From: Gemmatimonadales bacterium
GTDB taxonomy: Bacteria > Gemmatimonadota > Gemmatimonadetes > Gemmatimonadales > GWC2-71-9
Direction: 5' to 3'
DNA: 42,372 nucleotides
Assembly (NCBI GenBank): GCA_041577295.1
Contig: JBFGJG010000034.1
Span: 1-42,372 of the forward strand
Each line of letters begins with the position of its first letter. Position 1 is the first letter of the stretch. A model generated the notes under the pieces. The model saw only the letters and a list, made by a program, of their open reading frames with translations, was not told the DNA's origin and did no database searches. The translations under genes and the position numbers were made by a program. This document shows positions 10,101-17,775 of this stretch, in pieces.

Positions 10101-10313
10101 CTAGCCCAGCTTGGTGACGTTCTCCGCGGCCGGGCCTTTCTGACCCTGCACCTGATCGAACTCCACCGCTTCCCCCTCACCGAGCGTCTTGAATCCGCTG
10201 CTCTGTATTGCCGAGTGATGGACGAAGCAGTCCTTGCCGCCATTGTCGGGTGTGATGAATCCAAAACCCTTCTGGTCGTTGAACCACTTCACTTTGCCGG
10301 TTGTGCGTGACAT
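10101..10313 (-). CDS. Cold-shock protein (CspA family)
   Basis: [15 protein letters not shown] (RNP1), DCFVHHSAI (RNP2), [13 protein letters not shown]; 70 aa. Confidence 0.98.
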   Translation of the reverse strand: MSRTTGKVKWFNDQKGFGFITPDNGGKDCFVHHSAIQSSGFKTLGEGEAVEFDQVQGQKGPAAENVTKLG

Positions 10314-10580
10314 GTACCGTGTTCCCTTTTGCATTGATGCTCGTCGGAGTACGGAGTGCCCGCACTGACCGACCGTACATCGGTGGATCCGCTTATCACT
10401 CGGCGGGCTGCAAAGCAAATGGGGAACCGAGCGTGTTGCTGGGTGCCCCATGCAATGTTCGCCGAGTTTTTGGCGCTCCGAACGAACGCCGTTACGATAG
10501 TGAAGCTAACCGTGACAGGCGCGAATGGGAAGGGATCACATCTTCCAGAGAGCATCGCTGATGAAGCGGAAGTGCGTGCG

Positions 10581-10609
10581 TTGACATGCGTTGGGTAACC
10601 GACTAAGCT
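10581..10609 (+). promoter_or_regulatory. Sigma70-type promoter
   Basis: TTGACA-N17-TAAGCT. Confidence 0.6.
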
Positions 10610-10658
10610 TCTCAGTCCGGGCGCCGCGTGTCGCGGGCGCGTCGAGAGCCGATGGAAC

Positions 10659-10697
10659 GCGGGATCGAGCCTCAGCGCTGGTCCCGCCTTTTTGTTT
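10659..10697 (+). terminator. Intrinsic terminator closing an approximately 80-nt transcript
   Basis: GCGGGATC...GGTCCCGC stem followed by CTTTTTGTTT. Confidence 0.65.
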
Positions 10698-10771
10698 CCG
10701 GCGAGACGGCTCCTGTGCAGCATTAAGAGCAGCAAAGGGCTCGACTCTTCACGGTGCGCTAGGGGGCCATC

Positions 10772-10969
10772 ATGATCACACCCACACGTTACTTCAAGCT
10801 CAAGTCCAATCGGGGTGTGCGCAGGGTTAGCTGGTTGAACCGTCACACGGTCTACGAGGGGAAGCTCATATCCATGACCGCTCGCACCGTGCGACTGTTC
10901 GCGCCAAACGCGGCGGACCCCAGATCGCACGTTGATCTGCCGTACGATTGGGTAACACCGGTACAATAG
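10772..10969 (+). CDS. Small hypothetical protein, possibly Sm/SH3-like beta barrel
   Basis: AGGGGG SD before ATG. Beta-rich YEGKLISMTARTVRLF...VDLPYDWV. Confidence 0.55.
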   Translation: MITPTRYFKLKSNRGVRRVSWLNRHTVYEGKLISMTARTVRLFAPNAADPRSHVDLPYDWVTPVQ

Positions 10970-11089
10970 TTCGGTGCCAAATTCTCCCCTCGACACGCCG
11001 TGGGAATCGATGATGGGCTCGCCGACGTGGCGCGCGGCCGTTCGGGGAGTGCGGACGGCGAGTGACTCATACAGGTGTGGGAGGAGCGG

Positions 11090-11464
11090 ATGCACAGTGT
11101 GTTAGAGGACGAATATCAGGACGGAGTATCCGCGGGCTCTCTCGTCAGGGCACGTCGGTGCTGGCTCGATTTGTTGGCTGCGCATCTGGATACGCTCCCG
11201 CAGCTGTTCACGTTTGTGTTCGAGTGCCCAACCCAGATGCTGGCCATCGCGCTGATGGACAACTTGCGCTATACAAACTTTGCGGGGTACGTGCGCGTGG
11301 GAGGTCTGGATGACGTTCCCACGGATCCGTGGCGCGTGTCCGGAACTACCTTGGCCAGCGTGTGGTCTCTACCGGCCCTCGAGCATCTCTTCATGCGGCT
11401 GCGTCGAGCCGGTTTGCGCTATGGGTCCACGCTCGTGCTCGTTGAGCTTCAGACGACGTCGTAG
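11090..11464 (+). CDS. Hypothetical protein (weak RraB-like pattern)
   Basis: SD GGAGGAG before ATG 11090. Alternating beta/alpha pattern FTFVFECP..AIALMDNL..WRVSGTT..LEHLFMRL. Confidence 0.65.
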   Translation: MHSVLEDEYQDGVSAGSLVRARRCWLDLLAAHLDTLPQLFTFVFECPTQMLAIALMDNLRYTNFAGYVRVGGLDDVPTDPWRVSGTTLASVWSLPALEHLFMRLRRAGLRYGSTLVLVELQTTS

Positions 11465-11544
11465 TAAATGCGGAGCGCAACCTGCGTGTCCTAGCGCTGC
11501 GGCTGGACGCGCATATGCCGTTTACTCGAACGCAGAGGCAGAAG

Positions 11545-11724
11545 ATGGCTAATAGAGGACCACTGTCAGCGGCGAAGCGTCAACGGGAGGCAGCCAAGCG
11601 AAGGAAGCGTGCGGCGAAGCTGGAGCGACGTGCCAGGCGGGCGGAGGAGCGCGCTCAGGCCCGGGAAGCCGCGAAATCTGAGACGCAAACCGAGGAGGAC
11701 AATGAGCAACCGCATCGAGTATAA
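11545..11724 (+). CDS. Small highly basic helical protein
   Basis: SD GAGG. MANRGPLSAAKRQREAAKRRKRAAKLERR... with an acidic tail. Confidence 0.7.
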   Translation: MANRGPLSAAKRQREAAKRRKRAAKLERRARRAEERAQAREAAKSETQTEEDNEQPHRV

Positions 11725-11938
11725 CGGTTTTGTAATCGAGCCCACCACGAAGCTCCAAAACGAGCCATACGGCTGGACGCTCGAAGTGCGGATCACCCCC
11801 GCAAACGATCGAACGGGCAGTAGGCGCTGCCGTGCGCCCAACACCTATCCCACTCAAGATGTGGCCGTTGGGCACTGTCTAGAGTTCGGGCGGCAGATCG
11901 TTGATGGCAGGCTCCAGCCGAAGGATCCGACAAAGTAA
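11702..11938 (+). CDS. Small hypothetical protein
   Basis: SD GAGGAGG before ATG 11702. MSNRIEYNGFVIEP...EFGRQIVDG; overlaps the previous gene. Confidence 0.75.
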   Translation: MSNRIEYNGFVIEPTTKLQNEPYGWTLEVRITPANDRTGSRRCRAPNTYPTQDVAVGHCLEFGRQIVDGRLQPKDPTK

Positions 11939-11954
11939 GCAGCGCCGGGAGCCT

Positions 11955-13112
11955 TCACTGCGACGCAGCGTCGTACCGATTAATGAGCAATTGAATAGCG
12001 AGATCGGTCGCGAGCTGCGCGTTTTCCCCTCCACCGTTCGTCACGGTGAGCACGCCGAAGTTCCGCTCGGGTGCCAACGCCAGGATCGCAAACCAGAGCG
12101 TGTTGCTTCCAGCGTGTTGCAGGACGAGGCCGCCGGCCCAGGTGCGATCGTCGACACCCCATCCCAGCGAGTACGTGGTGCCGACCGCGGGGGTGTGGAG
12201 CTTGGCAAAGGTCGCGGTGGTCAAGATCCTCGCTTCGCCACGAGCGCCGGCGAGGTGCAGTGCCACGTAAGACGCGAAGTTGCGGAACGTGGTGTGCACC
12301 GTTCCCGCTGGGCCAAGCGCGGCGGGGTTGTCTGCGTCGGGACCGGGTTCCACCGCAACCCAGTCACCCGCCTGAAGGAAGTGGCCCCACGGCTCGTCGC
12401 GACCGCCCGCACTTCCCGGTGCGCCAAATCCAGTGCTACCCATGCCTAACGCATCCAGCAGCCCGCTTTGCATGAGCGTCTCCCAGCTCTCGCCAGTGAC
12501 TTCCTCGAGCATAGCTCCGGCAACGATGTACCCAGCGTTTGTGTAGAGGTGGTTGCCGCGAGCGGCCTCCGGCGGCACGGAGAGCAACTCCCGCGACCAC
12601 CGACGACGCAGCGCGGTGACCGGAGCGGGGTCAGTGCGGAGAGTGGGCCACGAAGGCGTATCGATGATGTTGCCGGTAAGCCCCGACGTATGGTACAGGA
12701 GTTCATCCAGCCGCACATCTAAGAACTCGTCCCGCACCTCTCCAACGAAGTCCGGGAAAACATCCGCTACCGTCGTTTCCCACGCGATGGAGCCCTCTTC
12801 TACCAGAATCGCTGCGAGCGTCGCCGTCATCGCCTTGGTGAGAGATCCGATGTGCCATCGATCGGCCGTGGTAACTCTCTCCGGAGAGCCTATGGCCCGA
12901 AGGCCCACGGCAGCCGATTCGAACAGCCTGTCGCCAACGAACAACGCGGCTCCGAGTGACGGCACGTCACGAGCGTTACGGATGTCCTCGAGGTGGGCGG
13001 CGAGGCCTCCGTCGCCGGCGGCACCGATGTCCTCTGGAAGGCCCGGTGTGTTTGAGTCTATGCAGTGGACCTGCGTGGCGAAGAGGACTATGAGCAGCAG
13101 CGCGCGAGCCAT
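11955..13112 (-). CDS. Serine hydrolase, beta-lactamase/AmpC-like family, probably exported or lipoprotein
   Basis: GSLTK (SxxK), LLYHTSG, YTN (YxN), HAGSN. Hydrophobic N-terminus ending QVHC. Confidence 0.9.
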   Translation of the reverse strand: MARALLLIVLFATQVHCIDSNTPGLPEDIGAAGDGGLAAHLEDIRNARDVPSLGAALFVGDRLFESAAVGLRAIGSPERVTTADRWHIGSLTKAMTATLAAILVEEGSIAWETTVADVFPDFVGEVRDEFLDVRLDELLYHTSGLTGNIIDTPSWPTLRTDPAPVTALRRRWSRELLSVPPEAARGNHLYTNAGYIVAGAMLEEVTGESWETLMQSGLLDALGMGSTGFGAPGSAGGRDEPWGHFLQAGDWVAVEPGPDADNPAALGPAGTVHTTFRNFASYVALHLAGARGEARILTTATFAKLHTPAVGTTYSLGWGVDDRTWAGGLVLQHAGSNTLWFAILALAPERNFGVLTVTNGGGENAQLATDLAIQLLINRYDAASQ

Positions 13113-13225
13113 GAAATCGTCACTATGGGCGGGAAGAGTTATCGGGTGTCTCAACTTGGGAAGCACGCCGCCTCAGAGCAACCGGGCTCGAGCTGGAGCG
13201 ACAGCGCGAAGGCTCACCGGTGCCC

Positions 13226-13618
13226 TCACGCCACCGCTACCGCTCGCGTATTGGCCTGTAAGAGCCCACCCAAGACGTTCCCCGGAATGAGCAGCGCCAG
13301 GAACACCAAGTGATACCACACCGGTAGCAACTCCCAATAGCTCACCTCGAACCCAATTCCCAGTGCTAACTGCAGGATGCCGAGCGCAAAGGCATGATGA
13401 ACCGGTTTGGTCTTTGCTACGACCGCGGTCAGGTAGCCAGCGGCCACTGAGAACACGAAGCTCATGATGATATACGTCGTGAGAATGGGGACGTGCCCCA
13501 AGTAACGCTCGGGCTGGATGATGTCGGGAAATGCTGCCTGCAATCCTGCGGTGAACGGGAGCCAGAGCACGGTCCACAGGACCGCACCCGAAATGACGGC
13601 CACGAAGCTGCGCAACAT
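13226..13618 (-). CDS. Four-helix membrane protein
   Basis: SD GGAGG; four hydrophobic segments with a PVWY motif. Divergent from the ArsR gene. Confidence 0.8.
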   Translation of the reverse strand: MLRSFVAVISGAVLWTVLWLPFTAGLQAAFPDIIQPERYLGHVPILTTYIIMSFVFSVAAGYLTAVVAKTKPVHHAFALGILQLALGIGFEVSYWELLPVWYHLVFLALLIPGNVLGGLLQANTRAVAVA

Positions 13619-13632
13619 GGTTCCTCCAGGGA

Positions 13633-13670
13633 TTGACGGGTGTATAATATGTGATAGTTTTATCACATAT
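13633..13670 (+). promoter_or_regulatory. ArsR-type operator palindrome overlapping a promoter
   Basis: Perfect inverted repeat ATATGTGATA-GTTT-TATCACATAT (13647-13670). TTGACG-N16-TAGTTT with TGn extension. Confidence 0.75.
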
Positions 13671-14019
13671 GCAACCGAAGCAGCGAGAAGACCTCGAACC
13701 GGTGTGGCGCGCACTGGCGAACCCAGTTAGGCGGCGTATCCTGGACTTACTGCGAGAGGGGCCGCTATCCACCGGTGCGCTTGCCGTTGAGTTTCGCGGC
13801 CACTCGCGCTTCGCCGTCATGCAGCATCTCGGTGTGTTGGAAGCGGCAGACCTCGTGGTGCGGCGCAAAGACGGGCGCACCACGATGAACTACCTCAACC
13901 CCATCCCAATTCAGAAGATCTACGACCGGTGGGTGAGTCGATATCAGCGGTCGTGGACCGAATCGCTGGTCGATCTCAAGCATCAGCTGGAGCGGGATGC
14001 GCGGGACAAGGCCGGCTGA
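13669..14019 (+). CDS. ArsR/SmtB family transcriptional regulator
   Basis: WRALANPVRRRILDLL..GPLSTGAL..SRFAVMQHLGVLEAADLV..RKDGR..NYLNPIPI. Confidence 0.93.
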   Translation: MQPKQREDLEPVWRALANPVRRRILDLLREGPLSTGALAVEFRGHSRFAVMQHLGVLEAADLVVRRKDGRTTMNYLNPIPIQKIYDRWVSRYQRSWTESLVDLKHQLERDARDKAG

Positions 14020-14042
14020 CCATGTTTACGAAGGGAGGTCGC

Positions 14043-14576
14043 ATGCCCAACTCCGGTGAGATCACGCACGTTCTCTCCATTGAGATTCACGTGCCGGTTC
14101 AGCGCGTGTGGAATGAGATTACCAAGACGGGAAGCATCCAGCGCCCGCTCTATAACTGTGTGTTGGAAACGGAGCTGACTCCAGGCAGCCGGTTGCGATA
14201 CTACAGCCCGAACAAGAAACGCGTCTTCGTGGTTGGCAAAGTCGTCGAGGTTGATCCACCACGGAAGTTCTCCCATACGTATCACTTCGTCCAAAACGGC
14301 AACGAACCGGCAACGCTCGTTACATGGGAGCTGACAGAGATTCCGGGCGGGTGCCGAGTGACGCTGACTCATTCCGGGTTCACCAGCGTGCACAAGCGGG
14401 TCGATAATCAGAGAGCTGGGTGGCAGGAGATTCTCGGGCTGCTCAAGAGTGAGCTCGAGAGTGGTCAGATTCCGTTCAAGACGCGGCTCATGTATGGGGT
14501 CATGGGTTTCACGATGTGGATGCTGCCAAAGTCCACCAAGACGGAGGAAGTGGAGAAGGTACAATGGGGAGCGTGA
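14043..14576 (+). CDS. SRPBCC/AHA1 (START-like) domain protein
   Basis: IEIHVPVQRVWNEIT, GKVVEVDPPRKFSHT, VTWEL, VTLTHSG, GWQEILGLLKSELE; SD GGAGG. Confidence 0.9.
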   Translation: MPNSGEITHVLSIEIHVPVQRVWNEITKTGSIQRPLYNCVLETELTPGSRLRYYSPNKKRVFVVGKVVEVDPPRKFSHTYHFVQNGNEPATLVTWELTEIPGGCRVTLTHSGFTSVHKRVDNQRAGWQEILGLLKSELESGQIPFKTRLMYGVMGFTMWMLPKSTKTEEVEKVQWGA

Positions 14577-15520
14577 GGTTCGCGGTGCGGTGGCCGGTGC
14601 TCGTGTTAGGTATCTTCGCTTGTGCTAATCGTGACGCTCCCTTGGGGTCCGCGTGGTCTGTCGACTCGGCGCAGGTGATCTTCACGGGCACACGAGCCGG
14701 AAGCACCGACATCTACATTGCGTATCCTGGTGTCCGGCCAACACGGCTCACGCAGGACCCGGCGCGCGACAATTATGCCCGGCTCGCACCTGATGGCAGG
14801 ACGCTCGCGTTTCAGTCGGGGCGATCGGGGGCGATCGATATCTACCTCATGGATTTGACCAGTGGGGAGGTGGTCAATCTGACAGATCACCCGGCGTACG
14901 ACGTACTGCCGGCGTGGTCGCCGAACGGTCAACATCTCGCTTTTATGTCCACGCGCGGCTTCGAGCTCGGCGGGCAGGACGGTCCGTTTCCTGGTCATTT
15001 GTATATCGTCGATTCCGAGGGTGTCCATCTTCAGCAGATTACTGGCACACCGCTTACTTCATCCCTTGGGCCACAGGATTGGACGCCCGACGGGGAAGGA
15101 ATCCTACTGAGCCGCGAACTCGATGGGAGCCTGGATATCTTCTTGCTCGATGTCGCCACCGGCAACGAGACACGACTCACCTCGGAGCCGGCGGACGAGT
15201 ACGGCGGTGCGTTTTCACGAGACGGTTCCCGGATTGCCTTTCACGCAGAAGCAAATGGTGTGTCCAGCATTGTGATCATGCGACGCGACGGCGCCAACCG
15301 CCGTACCGTCACTCCGGGGCCGGGTCTTCGCTACAGTCCTCGATGGTCACCCGATGATGCGTGGTTGCTCTATACGGTGCAGGGCACGGGCGAGAGCGAT
15401 TACGACCTCGAGGCGGTGCATGTGGAGGACGGCACGATCGTGCCGATCGTTGTCACATCCGAGGATGAGCGCGAGGGAGATTGGGTGACCAACAATTCGA
15501 CGCGGATCACGGCCCAGTGA
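14573..15520 (+). CDS. TolB-like PD40 beta-propeller lipoprotein
   Basis: GTG overlaps the previous TGA; lipobox IFAC. Repeats LAPDGRTLAF, PAWSPNGQHLAF, WTPDG, FSRDGSRIAF, PRWSPDD. Confidence 0.88.
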   Translation: MRFAVRWPVLVLGIFACANRDAPLGSAWSVDSAQVIFTGTRAGSTDIYIAYPGVRPTRLTQDPARDNYARLAPDGRTLAFQSGRSGAIDIYLMDLTSGEVVNLTDHPAYDVLPAWSPNGQHLAFMSTRGFELGGQDGPFPGHLYIVDSEGVHLQQITGTPLTSSLGPQDWTPDGEGILLSRELDGSLDIFLLDVATGNETRLTSEPADEYGGAFSRDGSRIAFHAEANGVSSIVIMRRDGANRRTVTPGPGLRYSPRWSPDDAWLLYTVQGTGESDYDLEAVHVEDGTIVPIVVTSEDEREGDWVTNNSTRITAQ

Positions 15521-15580
15521 TCGTACGGCAGAACCATCCACCTCCGTTGACGTGAGCTCGAGAAACGCGTTCGGTCTCCG

Positions 15581-16330
15581 TCAACGAAGCTTCAAATCCG
15601 CGAGGCCCCCATCCACGCCGAGGACCTGTCCGGTAATCCATCCTTGGTCCGGCTCGAGGAGCCAGGCGATCGCGTTCGCGATATCGCGTGGTTCTCCGAA
15701 GCGACCGAGCGGATGCATGCCCATAGATGTTTTGGCGCTCGCCTCGTTGCTCCAAATGCGCTCGGTCGCACTGGTGCGCACCAGGCCCGGGGCCACGGCG
15801 TTGAAGCGAATGCCTGCGGGAGCATACGTGGCTGCCGCGGAGCGGGTGAGGGCGATGACGCCGCCTTTTGCCGCCGCGATGGCCTCGTGGTTTGGGAGCC
15901 CAATGCGGGCCGCCGCTGTTGCCACGAGCACAACGGACCCGCCCCCACTTCGCATTGACTGCCCGGCCGCGTGGACGACGGCGAACGCCGAACCGAGGTT
16001 CGTCGCGAGCGTTTCACTCCACTCGTCCGGTTTCGTGAGGTGCGCGGGCTTGAGCAGCACGGAGCCAACGCAATTCGCGATGCCGTGAAGACCGCCGAAG
16101 TGCTCTCTTGCTTCGCGGACCGCGGCGTCGGTTGCCTCGACGTCGGTGGCATCGAAGATCACCGGGAACCCTTGAATCTCGTCGGCCAGCGCGCGAACAG
16201 CGTTTTCGTTCCGCCCAGCGACCCCCACGCGATCCCCCCGCTCTGCCAGCAACCGGGTCAAGTCGGATCCGATCCCACCCGTCGCACCGACGACGAGGTA
16301 CGCGGGTGCGCTCTCAGTAACTGCTGGCAT
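15581..16330 (-). CDS. SDR family oxidoreductase
   Basis: GATGGIG, NCVG, NAVAPGLVRT, HPLGRFGEP, WITGQVLGVDGG. Canonical YxxxK is replaced by IAAAK. Confidence 0.92.
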   Translation of the reverse strand: MPAVTESAPAYLVVGATGGIGSDLTRLLAERGDRVGVAGRNENAVRALADEIQGFPVIFDATDVEATDAAVREAREHFGGLHGIANCVGSVLLKPAHLTKPDEWSETLATNLGSAFAVVHAAGQSMRSGGGSVVLVATAAARIGLPNHEAIAAAKGGVIALTRSAAATYAPAGIRFNAVAPGLVRTSATERIWSNEASAKTSMGMHPLGRFGEPRDIANAIAWLLEPDQGWITGQVLGVDGGLADLKLR

Positions 16331-16380
16331 CACCTATTTCCTCCGTTTGATCGGCATTTTTCGCGGGAGTTTCCGCACGG

Positions 16381-16409
16381 AGGCTAGACGGCTCTGACAA
16401 GTTGGTCAA
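16381..16409 (-). promoter_or_regulatory. Sigma70 promoter of the SDR gene with an overlapping palindrome
   Basis: Minus strand TTGACC-N17-TAGCCT. Palindrome TGAC-AAGTTG-GTCA (16395-16408) covers the -35 box. Confidence 0.55.
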
Positions 16410-16419
16410 GGAAACGACT

Positions 16420-17673
16420 TCAGCGACGAGTGGATTCTTCCCATGTACCGTTGAGTTGGTGCACCCGGACTCCGACAATTGTTCCTGATGCGTCGCGAAC
16501 GAATCGCACCAACGCCTGTGGGATACGGGGAATCGTGAACTCGTCCTCCCCGGCAGGCATGAGGGCGAGCTTCGGAGCGATCACTTGCCGTCCCGGGGTA
16601 GGTGCGGGGGTGTGGTCCGTCCGCTGCAAGAAGAGGGTACCTTCTTCCAGAGTGACCCGCCGGTTGCCATAATCACCGGCATACTCGGCCGCGTTCTCGA
16701 CGACGGGTCTTTCACCTTCACGCTCCCATGGAGCTTCTGGCGGTGTGAAGGTACGATCTGCGCGCTTGAATCGAACACGAGCGTTGCGCTGATCGAGGGT
16801 AACCGCGAACTGACCGAGGAATCCCATCCCCAGCATGGGTCCCGGACGATTTCGAAACGTGACCAGAGGTTTCTGGACAGTGTAACCGCCGACGGTCAGC
16901 GGTTCTGCGACACGCAGCTCCCGCAGGGTCATCGTGCCCATCTGTGGGCCCCTTCCGAGCATCTCCGAGGTATCCGATATGCCCGAGAAGTCTCGCATGA
17001 GCGAATCGGGTAGATAGAGGAACCCGCCTGCCTGCGTATCCATAACCGCCGAGCCATCGAGACCACCTAGACGAAAGTTGATGTGTGGCTGTGTGTCGAG
17101 CCTATCACGGGCATCCATGGGAATGCCGAGGTAGTCCAACCGCGCTTCGTCCGGCTTGGCGAGCGCCAGTATCGATTCGCCATCGGGGTCGGCTAACTCA
17201 CCGCGTTCGAGCACCAGCGTATTCGTTGGAAAGTCGAACGTCATGAGGAGGTCGGCGAACACGGTGAAGCCTAGGACGCCATCGCTCGTGGGATCTGAAA
17301 ACCCGCCCACCGCCGCCCTGAGTCCCAAAAATCGAGCGCCGCCGAGCCTGAGAGAATCGACCGAGACAACTGGAAGGAATCCGGTTGGCGACCGAACCTC
17401 ACCCGTTCTTGGGAGCTCGAGGACTCGGGCCAGCGAGTCCGATACCACGAACGCGTTTGCTCCCCAGTCGATCCGAAAACGCCACGGCCCCGTCCCGTTG
17501 ACCATCGCCGTGACTGCAGGCCGACCCTCGACATCAGGAATGATCGGAATACGGAGTCTCTCCGAGTCGACGTGCGTTTGGGCGGGTGGGTGGATAGGCC
17601 AATCATCCTGCGCCACGAGGGGTGAGAGTGGAACGAGCCCAAGGCCGAGGAGCGAGAGCATTTGTCGCGGCAT
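16420..17673 (-). CDS. Secreted twin-domain retropepsin-like aspartyl protease with a C-terminal beta domain
   Basis: Signal peptide ending LVA-Q. VNGTGPWRFRIDWGA...DGVLG and AVMDTQA...MLGMGFL. Start uncertain (17673, 17661 or 17766). Confidence 0.78.
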   Translation of the reverse strand: MPRQMLSLLGLGLVPLSPLVAQDDWPIHPPAQTHVDSERLRIPIIPDVEGRPAVTAMVNGTGPWRFRIDWGANAFVVSDSLARVLELPRTGEVRSPTGFLPVVSVDSLRLGGARFLGLRAAVGGFSDPTSDGVLGFTVFADLLMTFDFPTNTLVLERGELADPDGESILALAKPDEARLDYLGIPMDARDRLDTQPHINFRLGGLDGSAVMDTQAGGFLYLPDSLMRDFSGISDTSEMLGRGPQMGTMTLRELRVAEPLTVGGYTVQKPLVTFRNRPGPMLGMGFLGQFAVTLDQRNARVRFKRADRTFTPPEAPWEREGERPVVENAAEYAGDYGNRRVTLEEGTLFLQRTDHTPAPTPGRQVIAPKLALMPAGEDEFTIPRIPQALVRFVRDASGTIVGVRVHQLNGTWEESTRR

Positions 17674-17775
17674 CCGAAACGCAGTCCTTTTGTCAGGGAA
17701 TCCTGTCGTTGGAGATGCGTAGGTGCGCCGAAGCGTCGCTACGTTTGCGACATTCACAGTGTCCAAGACGTCACC

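Noticed and set aside
11955..13112. Calling the two SxxK hydrolases true beta-lactamase resistance genes
   Set aside because: The motifs only place them in the broad serine hydrolase family; substrate cannot be inferred.
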